From Thermoplasmata archaeon (lineage in GTDB: Archaea; Thermoplasmatota; Thermoplasmata; RBG-16-68-12; SOIM01), in assembly GCA_023140195.1 (NCBI GenBank), contig JAGLME010000001.1:193146-257145 (forward strand): a stretch of DNA of 64,000 nt, written 5' to 3'. The notes below the pieces were generated by a model. The model was not told the DNA's origin and made no database searches. It worked only from the letters and a program-made list of their open reading frames with translations. The stretch's first letter is position 1; every line of letters starts with the position of its first letter. This document shows positions 35,254 to 47,526 of the stretch, piece after piece. Both the position numbers and the translations under genes were made by a program.

Positions 35254-36442
35254 TCAGGACAGCACTCCAAATCTCGTTAGCTATCTGTGACTTGGGTCCC
35301 TTGATCACCTTGGTCTTCCCCTTCTTGTCAATGATTGTGACCTCGTTGGAGTCCGGCTTCACCAGGTTGATGTCATTCGCGACTATGAAATCCAGTTTTG
35401 CGGCCCTAATCCTCTCCTTCCCCCTTGATATGAGGGTCTTCTTTGGAACGTTGGATTCCAGCTTGAAGGCTATGAGCTTCATCTTCTTCCTGTTGCGACG
35501 GATTTCTTCTATTATCTTGGGTGCTCTTATCAGGTCCAGTGATATCGATTTCTTCGACGAGGATATTTTCCCTTTGGTCTTCCTTGGGATGTAGTCGGAT
35601 ATTGCTGCGGGTACGATACAGATGTCGGACTTGATCTTGCGGACCATGTCCACCAGCTCGGAGGAGCTGGAGAACCTCTTGGTCTTGATGAAACTTGGCA
35701 ACTCGCAGGTGGCTCCACCCATCAACAGTTCAACATCGGCGCCTCTCTCGAATGCATCCAGGGCAAGTTCAACACCCGTTCGCCCTGAGCTTCTGTTGGT
35801 CAGGACACGAACATCGTCCACGGGTTCTTCTGTCGAACCAGCTATGACTGATACCTTCTTCCCGTGCATGTCTCTTGGACCCAGAGTTCTTATGACTGAC
35901 GACACGATTTGGTCCGAGAAAGCGATCTTGGCCTTGGACTCCTGGAGCCTCGGCTGAACGAAGTCGATTCCCAGATTCTTCAGCTTCCTGATGTTCTCAT
36001 CGATTATCGGTTGGTCGTACAGTGAGATGTGCATTGCTGGCACGATCATGATTGGTGTCTTGGAACCTAAGGAGGTGACTGCGAATATGGATACTGTGGA
36101 ATCTGTTATTCCATGGGCGATCTTCGATATGGTATTGGCAGTGCAAGGGGCTATCAGCATGAGATGCGCAATGCCGTCCTCCCCGCAGAGGTCAACGTAC
36201 GGTACCGACCCATCTATCTCGGTTATTGGCTTGTGCCCGCTGGCGAACTCCATGCTAATCGGATTTATGATCTTCTGTCCCCATTCGGACATTACTGGAA
36301 CAACGTTTGCCCCGTGGCGAATCAGCTCCCTAGCAAGTTTGACGCATTCGGTTGCAGCTATGCTACCAGTGATTCCCAGAACGATCGTCCTGTTTCTCAG
36401 TTTCTCGCTCTTCTGGCAGTATATTCTCTGACTTGGATGCAC
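35243..36442 (-). CDS. coaBC: bifunctional phosphopantothenoylcysteine decarboxylase / phosphopantothenate-cysteine ligase
   Basis: The N-terminal flavoprotein IVLGITGSIAATECVKLARELIRHGANV is present. The C-terminal CoaB domain carries GSTEEPVDDVRVLTNRSSGRTGVELA and DFIVANDI. Confidence 0.8.
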   Translation of the reverse strand: MHPSQRIYCQKSEKLRNRTIVLGITGSIAATECVKLARELIRHGANVVPVMSEWGQKIINPISMEFASGHKPITEIDGSVPYVDLCGEDGIAHLMLIAPCTANTISKIAHGITDSTVSIFAVTSLGSKTPIMIVPAMHISLYDQPIIDENIRKLKNLGIDFVQPRLQESKAKIAFSDQIVSSVIRTLGPRDMHGKKVSVIAGSTEEPVDDVRVLTNRSSGRTGVELALDAFERGADVELLMGGATCELPSFIKTKRFSSSSELVDMVRKIKSDICIVPAAISDYIPRKTKGKISSSKKSISLDLIRAPKIIEEIRRNRKKMKLIAFKLESNVPKKTLISRGKERIRAAKLDFIVANDINLVKPDSNEVTIIDKKGKTKVIKGPKSQIANEIWSAVLNGI

Positions 36443-36464
36443 ACCGAACGATTATAGTCCGGAT

Positions 36465-36472
36465 TTAAATAG
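36465..36472. promoter_or_regulatory. TTTAAATA TATA-like element in divergent coaBC/folC intergenic region
   Basis: Its centre is ~26 nt from the coaBC ATG (leaderless geometry). A second TATA-like TGTTTATTG lies at ~36510, 32 nt before the folC ATG. Confidence 0.3.
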
Positions 36473-36545
36473 TTTCTCTATTGAGAATCTGGATGGGCTC
36501 ACGTGCGCAATGTTTATTGGGGTTTGGTGAATAACACCCAACCAT

Positions 36546-37835
36546 ATGACATCTGAGGGGAAGGGAGCGATCGAGTATCTTCTCGGTCTCAAGAAGTTCG
36601 GTGTGAGGCTTGGACTGGAGAACGTTACAGAGCTTCTGGAAAGACTTGGCGATCCGCACAACGAATTCAAGTCGGTCCATGTTGCCGGCACCAACGGTAA
36701 GGGGTCGGTCTGCGCATATGTTTCTTCGATCCTTCGGGAAGCTGGCTACAAGGTCGGTCTGTATACGTCCCCACACCTGCTCCGTCTCAACGAGCGAATC
36801 CAGATCAACGGGGAAGAGATATCTGATGATAGGATGGAGGAGCTTGCTGAGCAAATCAGGGCAGTGTCCGAGGAAATGGCCTCCAAGTCACCGGACAAGC
36901 AGATCACCTTCTTTGAGTTCTTGACCGCCATGGCATTCTCCCACTTCCGTGATGAGAACATCGATTTCGGAGTTCTGGAGGTCGGAATGGGAGGGAGGCT
37001 TGATGCCACAAATGTCGTCACACCTGAAGTGTGTGCCATTGCTCATCTGGCCATCGAACATTCGGAGCATCTTGGAGGATCGCTCGGGCAGATTGCCAGG
37101 GAGAAGGCCGGGATCATAAAGGACGGAGTTCCGGTCGTTGTTTCGGACAATCCAGTTCCCGAGGCAGTTGTGGATGCATGCGAAGAGAAGAACGCCAGCC
37201 TGACGGTCGTGGGCAAGGACATAATATTCTCCAGGACCGAGCAGGAGCCAGAATGGCAGCACATCAGGATCAATGATATGCACGATGTCAAGATCGGACT
37301 TCACGGACACCACCAGGTCCAGAACGCCGCCACTGCGTTCGGTGTCATCGAAGCTATGAGAGCAAAGGGATTCGAGATTCCTCATAAGGCCGTCTCCGCA
37401 GGATTCGCCAAAGCGAAATGGCCAGGTAGATTCGAGGTTGTGATGAGAAACCCACTGGTCGTCCTCGATACCGCTCACAACCCCGATGCTGCTACCGAAC
37501 TGAGGAGGTCGGTGGATGATGTCCTCGAATTTGATAGAGGGATCCTGGTGCTGGGGATGCTGGAGGACAAGGACATGGAAGGTTTCGCGGCCGAGATCTA
37601 TCCGATTGTTAACACGGTCATCTGCACGACCCCCCAGAACCCTAGAGCTCTCCCGGCGGAACGCGCCACCAAGATCATGAAGAACTTCATTCGAAGAGTG
37701 GGGCCCATATCCAGCGTTGCAGAAGCAGTTGACAAGGCATTGGATATGGCCAGGGAGGAGGACATGGTCCTTGTTACTGGTTCAAACACCACCGTGGGGG
37801 AGGCCATGCAGTATCTCGAACGGGTGAACAAGTGA
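36546..37835 (+). CDS. folC: folylpolyglutamate synthase / dihydrofolate synthase family Mur ligase
   Basis: VHVAGTNGKGSVCAYVSSIL (P-loop), GLYTSPHLLRLNERI, and the LEVGMGGRLDATNVV motif are present. Confidence 0.75.
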   Translation: MTSEGKGAIEYLLGLKKFGVRLGLENVTELLERLGDPHNEFKSVHVAGTNGKGSVCAYVSSILREAGYKVGLYTSPHLLRLNERIQINGEEISDDRMEELAEQIRAVSEEMASKSPDKQITFFEFLTAMAFSHFRDENIDFGVLEVGMGGRLDATNVVTPEVCAIAHLAIEHSEHLGGSLGQIAREKAGIIKDGVPVVVSDNPVPEAVVDACEEKNASLTVVGKDIIFSRTEQEPEWQHIRINDMHDVKIGLHGHHQVQNAATAFGVIEAMRAKGFEIPHKAVSAGFAKAKWPGRFEVVMRNPLVVLDTAHNPDAATELRRSVDDVLEFDRGILVLGMLEDKDMEGFAAEIYPIVNTVICTTPQNPRALPAERATKIMKNFIRRVGPISSVAEAVDKALDMAREEDMVLVTGSNTTVGEAMQYLERVNK

Positions 37836-38497
37836 ACAGGATCGATCTCATAATGAAGAATCTCAAGGAGAGGTATCAACATGGGGCTTTTCCTGGGAAC
37901 ATATCTGGGACCGCTTTGCAGAAAGAACTGAGGCGTCCATACAGGGTATTGATCTCAACGATCCTCTCACATCGAACCAAGGACGAGAACACTCACCGGG
38001 CATCATCCAATCTCTTCGATAGGTACCCGACAGTTGAGGACGTGGCAGATGCACCATTGGAAGTCATTGAGGAACTGATCCGCCCGTCTGGATTCTACAA
38101 GGTCAAAGCCCGGAGGGTAAAGGAGGTCTCCAAGATCCTGCTGGAAGAATATGATGGTGAAGTGCCGAGGGGTTTTGATGAACTGATGTCCCTACCATCG
38201 GTCGGCAGGAAGACGGCGAACTGCGTTCTTGTCTACGCCTTCGGGGAACCGGCAGTGCCAGTTGATGTGCATGTCCACAAGATCTCCAACCGCCTTGGGT
38301 TAGTGAACACCAAGACCCCGGAGCAGACAGAAGCAGAACTCGTTAAGCTGGTTCCAAAGAAGTACTGGCTGGATCTGAACGAGCTGTTTGTGAGGTTCGG
38401 GCAGGACGTCTGCAGGTCCGTTGGTCCAAAATGTGGCGAATGTGACTTCAACACTTTCTGTCTATACAACAAAGAACTCGGGAAGAAAGCCTGCTAA
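37832..38497 (+). CDS. nth: endonuclease III (HhH-GPD DNA glycosylase with 4Fe-4S loop)
   Basis: [18 protein letters not shown] (HhH), [13 protein letters not shown], and [17 protein letters not shown] (Cx6Cx2Cx5C) are present. The start overlaps the folC stop. Confidence 0.8.
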   Translation: MNRIDLIMKNLKERYQHGAFPGNISGTALQKELRRPYRVLISTILSHRTKDENTHRASSNLFDRYPTVEDVADAPLEVIEELIRPSGFYKVKARRVKEVSKILLEEYDGEVPRGFDELMSLPSVGRKTANCVLVYAFGEPAVPVDVHVHKISNRLGLVNTKTPEQTEAELVKLVPKKYWLDLNELFVRFGQDVCRSVGPKCGECDFNTFCLYNKELGKKAC

Positions 38498-40995
38498 CCT
38501 TCTCTTTGCTCTTCTTCATCTTCGCTCTCGGCCTCTTCGATCATCTCAATCTCTTCTTCCTCGCGGACCATCCTGGCCAGAGCCTTTACCTTGTCGTCCT
38601 TTTTCATGCGCATGACCTTGACACCCTGGGTCGCTCTTCCCATTATCCGAATGCCTTCCACAGGGATCCTGATTATCATTCCCTTGACGCTGGTGATTAT
38701 GAGCTCGTCATCCTCATTCACTTGTCTGATGGCCACCACAGGACCGTTCTTTTCCACTATCCTGAGGTTTATGACACCCATCGCTCCACGTTTCGTCTTT
38801 CTGTAATCGCTGACTTTAGATCTTTTTCCATACCCCTTCACTGTGACCGTCAACATCACGGATTCGGGCTCCACCACGGCCATACCGATCACCCTATCAT
38901 CCTTCTTCTTCAGCCTGGCCCCTATGACCCCCATCGAGTACCTGCCCGTCGACCGGACCTGCGTCTCGGAGAACCTCACCGCCATTCCCTGCCTTGTACC
39001 TATCATGACCTCTTTGGTCCCGTCCGAGAGTTTGACATCCACGAGTTCATCCCCAGGTCTGAGCCTTATCGCCCATATGCCTGTGACCCTCGGTCTGCTG
39101 TACGCCGAGAGCTTTGTCTTCTTTATCAGTCCCTTTTTGGTTCCGAACAGAAGGAACCTGTCCTCATCGAACTCATCGATTGGGATCATCTCGGAGATGG
39201 TCTCTCCCTTTTCCAGACGGGGTATCATGTTGATTATCGGCTTTCCTTTGGCATGTCTCCCGCCCGCAGGCAGTTGCCACGCCTTCAACCAGTGGACTTT
39301 GCCCATGTTGGTGAAGAACAAGATGTAATCGTGCGAGGATGTGACGAACAGGTCCACCACGAAGTCCTCTTCCTTGGTCTCCATCCCCTTCAGGCCGACG
39401 CCGCCTCTCCTCTGCTGCCGATAGGTGTCGCACGGCAACCTCTTGATGTAGCCAGTGTTCGTGATCGTGACGACGACATCCTCCACCGGGATGAGGTCCT
39501 CGATTTCGAAGTCGTCCGCGTGCTCGACTATCTCGGTCCTCCGCTCATCCCCGTACTTCTCCTTGATCTCCGCCAATTCTTCCTTGATTATCTCGTGGAT
39601 CTTCTCCTCACTGGCAAGTATCTCTTCCAGCCCCTCTATCTTCTTCTCGAGCTCCTTCTCCTCGTCCCTCAGGGCCTGAAGTTCCATTCCCGTGAGCTTC
39701 TGGAGCCTCATTTCCAGGATCGCCTTCGCCTGCTCTTCTGACAGCAGGTATGTCTTTATGAGACCGTTCCTGGCCTCCTCGGCGGTCTGTGAACGTCTGA
39801 TCAACCGAATGACATCGTCAAGATGGTCGACCGCAGTGATGAGTCCCTCGGTTATGTGAAGTCTATGCTTCGCTTTTTTCAGATCGAACTCGGTCCTTCT
39901 CCTGATGACCTCTTCTCTGAAGCTGAGGAACTCCGTTATCGCCGTTTTGATGTCCAGGATCTTCGGTTCCCCGTCCACAATGGCCAGGTTGATCATTCCA
40001 AAGGTGGATTCCATGGCCGTGTGTTTGTACAGCTGGTTGAGGATGACGTCCTCCAGTATCCCTCTTCGGAGGTCGATGACTATCCTCATCCCATCCTTGT
40101 CGCTCTCGTCCCTGAGGTCGGTGATTCCGTCGATCTTCTTGTCCTTGACCAGATGGGCCATCTTCTCGATAAGCTTCGCCTTGTTCACCATGTAAGGTAT
40201 CTCGGTGACTATGATCCTCTGGGTGTCCTTCGCCTTCTCTTCGATATTCACCCTCGCTCTGACCCTGATCCGACCCCTTCCGGTGTGGTAGGCCTCCACG
40301 ACTCCTCTTCTGCCGTATATGATGCCACCGGTCGGGAAGTCAGGGCCCCGCAAGATGGTCATGAGCTCGGTCACTTCGATGTCTGGATTGTCGATTATCT
40401 CAATAGCGGCATCCACCACCTCTCCGAGGTTGTGGGGGGGTATGTTGGTCGCCATTCCCACCGCGATACCGCTTGAACCGTTGACCAAAAGGTTGGGGAA
40501 CTTCGCAGGCAGTACAGTGGGTTCCTTCAGAGAACCGTCGAAGTTGTCCATAAAGTCGACCGTTTCCTTGTCTATGTCGGCCATCAGTTCATCTGTAATC
40601 CTGCTCATCCGGCACTCTGTGTATCTCATCGCCGCTGGAGGGTCGCCATCAACGCTGCCCATGTTCCCTTGACCATCGATCAGCATGTAGCGCATGGAGA
40701 AGTCCTGCGCCATCCTGGCCAAAGCATCGTACACCGCCATGTCGCCGTGGGGGTGGTACTTGCCCAGGACCTCGCCGACCACTCTGGCAGACTTCTTGTA
40801 AGGCTTCGATCTGTCCAGGCCCAGGTCCCTCATCGCATAGAGTATCCTCTTGTGGACCGGTTTGAGCCCGTCCCTGACATCCGGCAGTGCCCTGCCCACG
40901 ATCACGCTCATGGCGTAATCTATGTACGATGTCTCCATCTCGGCTTCTATGGGTCTTGGAAAGGTCCTTTTCTCTTCTTCTTCGGTCTCTTCCAA
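38494..40995 (-). CDS. gyrA: DNA gyrase subunit A
   Basis: The N-terminus [27 protein letters not shown], the AAMRYTE motif, the active-site Tyr region and GyrA-box-like C-terminal beta-pinwheel repeats are present. It is 833 aa. Confidence 0.9.
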   Translation of the reverse strand: MEETEEEEKRTFPRPIEAEMETSYIDYAMSVIVGRALPDVRDGLKPVHKRILYAMRDLGLDRSKPYKKSARVVGEVLGKYHPHGDMAVYDALARMAQDFSMRYMLIDGQGNMGSVDGDPPAAMRYTECRMSRITDELMADIDKETVDFMDNFDGSLKEPTVLPAKFPNLLVNGSSGIAVGMATNIPPHNLGEVVDAAIEIIDNPDIEVTELMTILRGPDFPTGGIIYGRRGVVEAYHTGRGRIRVRARVNIEEKAKDTQRIIVTEIPYMVNKAKLIEKMAHLVKDKKIDGITDLRDESDKDGMRIVIDLRRGILEDVILNQLYKHTAMESTFGMINLAIVDGEPKILDIKTAITEFLSFREEVIRRRTEFDLKKAKHRLHITEGLITAVDHLDDVIRLIRRSQTAEEARNGLIKTYLLSEEQAKAILEMRLQKLTGMELQALRDEEKELEKKIEGLEEILASEEKIHEIIKEELAEIKEKYGDERRTEIVEHADDFEIEDLIPVEDVVVTITNTGYIKRLPCDTYRQQRRGGVGLKGMETKEEDFVVDLFVTSSHDYILFFTNMGKVHWLKAWQLPAGGRHAKGKPIINMIPRLEKGETISEMIPIDEFDEDRFLLFGTKKGLIKKTKLSAYSRPRVTGIWAIRLRPGDELVDVKLSDGTKEVMIGTRQGMAVRFSETQVRSTGRYSMGVIGARLKKKDDRVIGMAVVEPESVMLTVTVKGYGKRSKVSDYRKTKRGAMGVINLRIVEKNGPVVAIRQVNEDDELIITSVKGMIIRIPVEGIRIMGRATQGVKVMRMKKDDKVKALARMVREEEEIEMIEEAESEDEEEQREG

Positions 40996-41003
40996 AAGAT
41001 CAC

Positions 41004-42905
<1,902 letters not shown>

Positions 42906-42973
42906 CTAAATCCTCATGGGTTTCACAGGGAGCGCATCCCAACTTTTCTGCAGTTAGGAGAATGCCCTTTGAG

Positions 42974-42980
42974 TATATAA
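42974..42980 (-). promoter_or_regulatory. TATA box (TTATATA on minus strand) upstream of gyrB
   Basis: It lies ~70 nt upstream of the gyrB ATG in the 165-bp cysS-gyrB spacer. Confidence 0.3.
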
Positions 42981-43003
42981 CAATTTACACATATCCAGAT
43001 AGG

Positions 43004-43017
43004 TAAAAATGCCCCCC
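43004..43017 (-). terminator. G-rich plus T5 tract downstream of cysS
   Basis: GGGGGGCATTTTTA on the minus strand lies ~55 nt after the cysS stop, ahead of the gyrB TATA. Confidence 0.25.
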
Positions 43018-43070
43018 GAAATGTATGGCTATTCAAATGAGAAATGCTTAAATACTAGAAGAAGGCGGAA

Positions 43071-44483
43071 TCACCGTCTTTTCCAGCGAGGTCCGTCCTT
43101 TGTATCTTCCAGCAAAATGCCTATGTCCGCCAGCCGATCCCTTATCTCGTCCGAGACCTTGAAATCCTTCGCTTCCCTGGCCTTTCCACGCATCTCGACC
43201 AGGAAGTCCATGAGACCGTCCACGACGGTGTCCTGCTCCGTTTCCCTTCCGAAGAGACCGAGAACATCGCCTGTGGTTTCGTAGACTTCACGCACCTTCT
43301 GCAGCGTTTCACTGATCAGTCCGCTTTCGAGAGCGGTGTTGATCTTGGTGGAGAATGTGAACAGATGTGAGATCGCTTCTCTTGTGTTGAAATCGTTGTC
43401 CATGGATTCCTCGAACTTGTGCATGACTTCCTCGACGGCTTTGTCGATTTCATCATCTTGGGAGGCTCTTTCTTCCTTTGCCTGCCATTTGAGGGCGAAA
43501 TGGACGTTCTGAACGGTCTCGACCAAGCGTTCATACCCCTGCTTAGCTTCCTCCAGCAGTTCATTGGAGAAGTCCACCGGGCTTCGATAATGTGCGTTGA
43601 CCAAGAAGAACCTAAGCACCGCGGGATCATAATCCTCCAGTGCCTCCTTCACCCTCCAGAAGTTCTTCAGCGACTTGGACATCTTCTCTCCGTCAACGTT
43701 CAGGATACCCGTGTGCAGCCAATACCTGACGAACGGTTCCTTTCCTGTCAGCGCTTCTGCTTGAGCTATCTCGGATTCGTGATGCGGGAACATCAGCTCT
43801 GTGGCGCCTCCGTGGATATCGTACTGGTCACCGAAGTAAGCCATACTTATCGCAGTGTCCTCTATGTGCCATCCCGGCCTGCCTTTTCCCCATGGACTGT
43901 CCCAGGTGGGTTCTCCAGGTTTCTCCGCCTTCCAAAGCGCGAAGTCCTCCGGGTTCTTCTTGTTCTCGTCCACCTCGACCCTTGCACCTGGGCGGAGCTT
44001 CTCTAGGACCTGCTTGGAGAGTTTCCCGAAATCGGGGAACTTGTTGACCTCGAAGTAAACGTTGCCGTTCGATTCGTAAGCGAATCCCTTTTCGATCAGG
44101 CCCTTGATCTGGTCCAGGATCTCGGGGATGTACTCGGTCGCCTTGGGATAGATGTTGATGCTGTCAATGCCAAGAGCGTCCATGTCGTCCAGGAACTCCC
44201 TGAAGTACTTCTTCACCAGGTCGGGAACCGGAATATCGGATTCATTGGACCTGTTGATCAGATTGTCGTCCACGTCGGTCACGTTCTGCACGTAGAACAC
44301 GCTGTATCCTCGGTACGTGAGATACTTCGCAATCGTGTCGAAGGCGACGTAGGTCTTGGCATGGCCCAGATGTGTGTAATCGTATGGCGTGACGCCGCAC
44401 ACGAACATGCTCACTCTGTTCCCGTGGAGAGGCTCGAATTCCTCCATTTTGCGATTGAGGGTGTTGTAGACCTGTATGGTCAT
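43071..44483 (-). CDS. cysS: cysteinyl-tRNA synthetase
   Basis: The HIGH motif (HLGHAKTYVAFD), the KMSKS motif (KMSKSLKN) and the Zn-binding Cys region are present. It is 470 aa. Confidence 0.9.
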   Translation of the reverse strand: MTIQVYNTLNRKMEEFEPLHGNRVSMFVCGVTPYDYTHLGHAKTYVAFDTIAKYLTYRGYSVFYVQNVTDVDDNLINRSNESDIPVPDLVKKYFREFLDDMDALGIDSINIYPKATEYIPEILDQIKGLIEKGFAYESNGNVYFEVNKFPDFGKLSKQVLEKLRPGARVEVDENKKNPEDFALWKAEKPGEPTWDSPWGKGRPGWHIEDTAISMAYFGDQYDIHGGATELMFPHHESEIAQAEALTGKEPFVRYWLHTGILNVDGEKMSKSLKNFWRVKEALEDYDPAVLRFFLVNAHYRSPVDFSNELLEEAKQGYERLVETVQNVHFALKWQAKEERASQDDEIDKAVEEVMHKFEESMDNDFNTREAISHLFTFSTKINTALESGLISETLQKVREVYETTGDVLGLFGRETEQDTVVDGLMDFLVEMRGKAREAKDFKVSDEIRDRLADIGILLEDTKDGPRWKRR

Positions 44484-44498
44484 GGTCGGAACATCCTA

Positions 44499-44571
44499 TG
44501 CCCGGGGAGGGAATCGAACCCCCAAAGAACCGATCTGCAGTCGGTCACATTAGCCACTCTGTCACCCGGGC
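44499..44571 (-). tRNA. tRNA-Cys (anticodon GCA)
   Basis: The reverse complement folds as a cloverleaf: the acceptor stem GCCCGGG/CCCGGGC, the anticodon stem ACCGA/TCGGT with loop CTGCAGA (GCA), a T-arm containing GTTCGATTC and a discriminator A. CCA is not encoded. It lies 16 nt upstream of the cysS start. Confidence 0.8.
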
Positions 44572-44645
44572 TTGGGGTAGCGGTTGCTATTATTATCATG
44601 GGTAATTAAGGTTTTTACAGTGGCCTTTGTTCCATCATATGGATG

Positions 44646-45167
44646 TCAGTACCACTTTCTGCACTGGTAACATCTCCACCTTCGGTACCGTGGGCTGTAG
44701 ACCAAAGATACCCTACACTTCGGGCAGGCGTGCTTTCCGAGGCCATACCTCGCCTTGTTCACCGCGTACTCATTCTTGAGGTTCCCAATCCTGATTCTTA
44801 TCGGAATGGCCATTATGAGCGCTACGAACAGGAATATCGTTCCGATTGGCAAATCACGGACTGTTAGACTGAAAAGGATTGGATAAAGGATGATATATGA
44901 GACGATGTTGACCCTTGTCGCCCCTCCATAGGTACCTCTGACCGCGAAGAGGCTCGAATCCCCGACCTCTCTGAGGATCCTCAGTTTCAGTATGATCGAA
45001 GAAAGAATCGATGACACTATCAAGAACACCGATCCAATGAAGAGGAACATGCCTATCGACGCAAATAGCGCCCTGACGCTGAGGATCAGCCACGAGACGA
45101 AGTAAATGGTCGCAGGCATCAGAGCTGCGAGGTTCCAAAGTAGCAGGAGGTTCGATTTCAGTGTCAA
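44646..45167 (-). CDS. membrane protein with C-terminal zinc ribbon
   Basis: It has four TM helices followed by CPKCR...CYQCRKWY (CxxC-x14-CxxC). Confidence 0.45.
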   Translation of the reverse strand: MTLKSNLLLLWNLAALMPATIYFVSWLILSVRALFASIGMFLFIGSVFLIVSSILSSIILKLRILREVGDSSLFAVRGTYGGATRVNIVSYIILYPILFSLTVRDLPIGTIFLFVALIMAIPIRIRIGNLKNEYAVNKARYGLGKHACPKCRVSLVYSPRYRRWRCYQCRKWY

Positions 45168-45894
45168 GTGTCAACCAGCTCCGTCCATGTGTCTTGTTTC
45201 TTCGGTGCATATTTCAGGCGTTCCATCTCTATCAGATTCAGTGATATCAATATGACGCATTAGAAATCTGGTACTGAGCTTTTCTATTGAACCTCTATTC
45301 CTTCGAACCCCAGAAGCACTAGCGCCCCGCTTTCGAAAACGGCCACCCATTCCTCATCCGAAAGCTCCGCGCACGCCCCCCACTGGCTTCCTCCCTTGTT
45401 ACAGCGCTCTCCACATCTTATGCATCTGTTCAACATATCATCGATCATGTCACTCCCCCCTAGATTCGTTACAGTGAAATGAAAGAGGATAAGGCCCGCG
45501 ACTTCATGCAGAACGCGGGCCGTTTGCTAGATATTTCCCCCTGAGTCCTCAGCGTGGTGCCGCCGGTGGGAGGGGGCCTTGGTAGGTTGAGCCGCCCCAC
45601 TGGCGCTAACTCGGATATCTAGCAATCACCTCCGTAATTCGCATTGCTATCACAGACTAACCTGGACTTGATGGCGAAACATTCTTTCTTCAAGACTCCC
45701 CCTCGCTGGCCACAATCCCTGGAGAATGAGCGAATCCTCCCTCCTCACCTCCACCGTTCTTAAAGGCAGTCATCGATACTCGAAATCCTATATTAGTCTT
45801 ACGCCTGTTTGATTGTCGATATGCCATACTGTATGAATTTCCATCTACTTATTCGCACAGATGGACTCTGGTATCGGCTCTCACATGCGCGGAT
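45168..45894. ncRNA. 727-bp ORF-free GC-rich region with nested inverted repeats: candidate structured ncRNA (identity unresolved)
   Basis: No ORF of 60 aa or more is present. A perfect 8-bp hairpin GGCCCGCG(13 nt)CGCGGGCC lies at 45493-45521. A perfect 10-bp long-range stem TGCTAGATAT...ATATCTAGCA at 45525-45624 encloses CCCCC/GGGGG and CTGA/TCAG sub-stems. Confidence 0.3.
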
Positions 45895-47526
45895 CTATTT
45901 CCTCACCTTCAGAATATACACGTCCTCCTGGGCTGCTGTGTTGGTGTAGATCAAGTGATTGTCCCGAATCGTGTTCCTGAAAGCAGTGTCATCGACAACC
46001 ACAGCTCCTCCCGGATGTAGTTGCGCCCCGACTGAAGTCCATCTATCTTCCAAAAGGAGGTAATCGTAGGATTCGATGCTCAAGTCATTGACCAACCTGG
46101 GGGGCAGAAAACCATCTCCTTCCCCTCCGTAGAACCCGCCGATGGTGTACGACACCCTCTGCTCAGTCCCAAGCACGTAGAGCTGATGCTGGTCCACAAA
46201 GGTCATGCTTTCGAACTCGTATTGGTACGTGGTGTTCTCAACATCGAAGAAATGAACGCTGCCGTATGCGAAAGGTGTGGTGAGCAGGATCAGGGAAAGA
46301 GTTCCCGCGGCGATGCCGGCCTTCGTGAACTTGCTTTTGGCCCTGGCAATGGAATAGGAAACCGCGATCCCGATCGATATCGCAAGCGCCACATCAATGA
46401 AATCAAACGACCTGTACAACAGAACGAACGATACCGGGTCCAATCCCCAAAGGAAGGAGAATAGCATTACCGAGATGGGCGCCATGAAACCGGCCACAAC
46501 AAGGGCTCTGTAGCGCGTCTCAGTGTTCCTAATCACGTTCAAGCCGGCCAGGCCTATGAAAAGCAGGATGAGATATGGGATTGACCATAAAAGCAGGTCC
46601 GATTTCGTCTGCAATGTTCCTGCAAAAATGTCAGTGAAATGGTTCAGCACAAGCAGAAAGATCGCGCCCAACAAGAACAAAGCCTTCTGATCGAAGAACT
46701 TGGGTAGCACCCTCTTCTCGTGGGAGTAGAAGAACCAAGGTCTCATCCTCGAAGGTGATGAAAGGTAGATGGATAGAAGGGCCATAATGAAGTACACTGA
46801 GAGGAAAAGAGCAACTGCATTGACATTCGCAACGTCCAAGAAGAATGGCATGTCGACCGAGATGTAGAACCAGAAGAGGAACATGATGAGGAGGGGTCCA
46901 AGGCACACATCCAAGGTGAAGTCTGTGGCCTTCCAGGTGCCATCCTTCAATCTCTGGATGTTCTGTGCGGCCATTATCAGCGTTATCATGGAGAAGACCA
47001 TCAGCGATGTCAAGTGATGCAACAGAGGCATCAGGATAAGGAGAAAAGCGCAAAGCAGCCTCTTTCTCGGATCTTCCCTTTCATAGTACAGATAGAGAAT
47101 CAGCGGAAGTAGGGTGAAGCCCAAAGCTTGCTTCATCACCGCCGCTGTGAGAAAGACGTAGAACCCGCAGAGGGCGAGGAAAAGGCCGGCGAAGACGGCC
47201 GCTGTCCTGCTCTGGGTTATCTTGTAGGCGAGAACGTACACCAGGACGACGGACATGGAAGTCATAAGAGGGATGAGGATCTGGACGAAGTACAGGGGTT
47301 CCTCCGAACTGATGAGGGAGGCCATGGTTATGATCATGCCGAAGATGGGTAGCTTGGTGTTGTACTCGCCCATGGTCCACTCGCCGCTGGAAATGACGTC
47401 GTTGCTGATCTTGGCCAGGGGAAAACCGTCTATGTTGTAGGGCAATGAAGAGAACAGAAGAGGCACGAGCCTGATGGCTAAGGCGGTGAAATAGAGGAAG
47501 AGTATGGGTACTAGATGCTTTCTCAC
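45895..47526 (-). CDS. large polytopic membrane protein, possibly a GT-C-fold glycosyltransferase
   Basis: About 12 TM helices occupy the N-terminal 400 aa, with an early DGFPLA loop, followed by a ~140-aa extracytoplasmic C-terminal domain. The topology resembles ArnT/PMT/AglB-type enzymes, but no WWDYG motif is present. The start overlaps the downstream FtsX permease gene by 4 nt. Confidence 0.4.
   Translation of the reverse strand: MRKHLVPILFLYFTALAIRLVPLLFSSLPYNIDGFPLAKISNDVISSGEWTMGEYNTKLPIFGMIITMASLISSEEPLYFVQILIPLMTSMSVVLVYVLAYKITQSRTAAVFAGLFLALCGFYVFLTAAVMKQALGFTLLPLILYLYYEREDPRKRLLCAFLLILMPLLHHLTSLMVFSMITLIMAAQNIQRLKDGTWKATDFTLDVCLGPLLIMFLFWFYISVDMPFFLDVANVNAVALFLSVYFIMALLSIYLSSPSRMRPWFFYSHEKRVLPKFFDQKALFLLGAIFLLVLNHFTDIFAGTLQTKSDLLLWSIPYLILLFIGLAGLNVIRNTETRYRALVVAGFMAPISVMLFSFLWGLDPVSFVLLYRSFDFIDVALAISIGIAVSYSIARAKSKFTKAGIAAGTLSLILLTTPFAYGSVHFFDVENTTYQYEFESMTFVDQHQLYVLGTEQRVSYTIGGFYGGEGDGFLPPRLVNDLSIESYDYLLLEDRWTSVGAQLHPGGAVVVDDTAFRNTIRDNHLIYTNTAAQEDVYILKVRK

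Noticed and set aside
38506-39741. A 411-aa ORF on the plus strand inside gyrA, plus many other antisense ORFs of 60-280 aa inside PQQ, HerA, SHMT, NPP, UppS and other genes.
   Set aside because: They are antisense to genes with strong family signatures. Their translations are Arg, Ser, Pro and His-rich low-complexity sequences typical of GC-rich antisense frames. None has a plausible RBS or start context.
45168-45894. Considered calling the gene-desert structure an SRP RNA or RNase P RNA.
   Set aside because: I could not find the universally conserved helix-8 motif (GGAAG...AGCAGC) or the RNase P CR-I/CR-V motifs on either strand by eye. I kept it as an unassigned candidate ncRNA.
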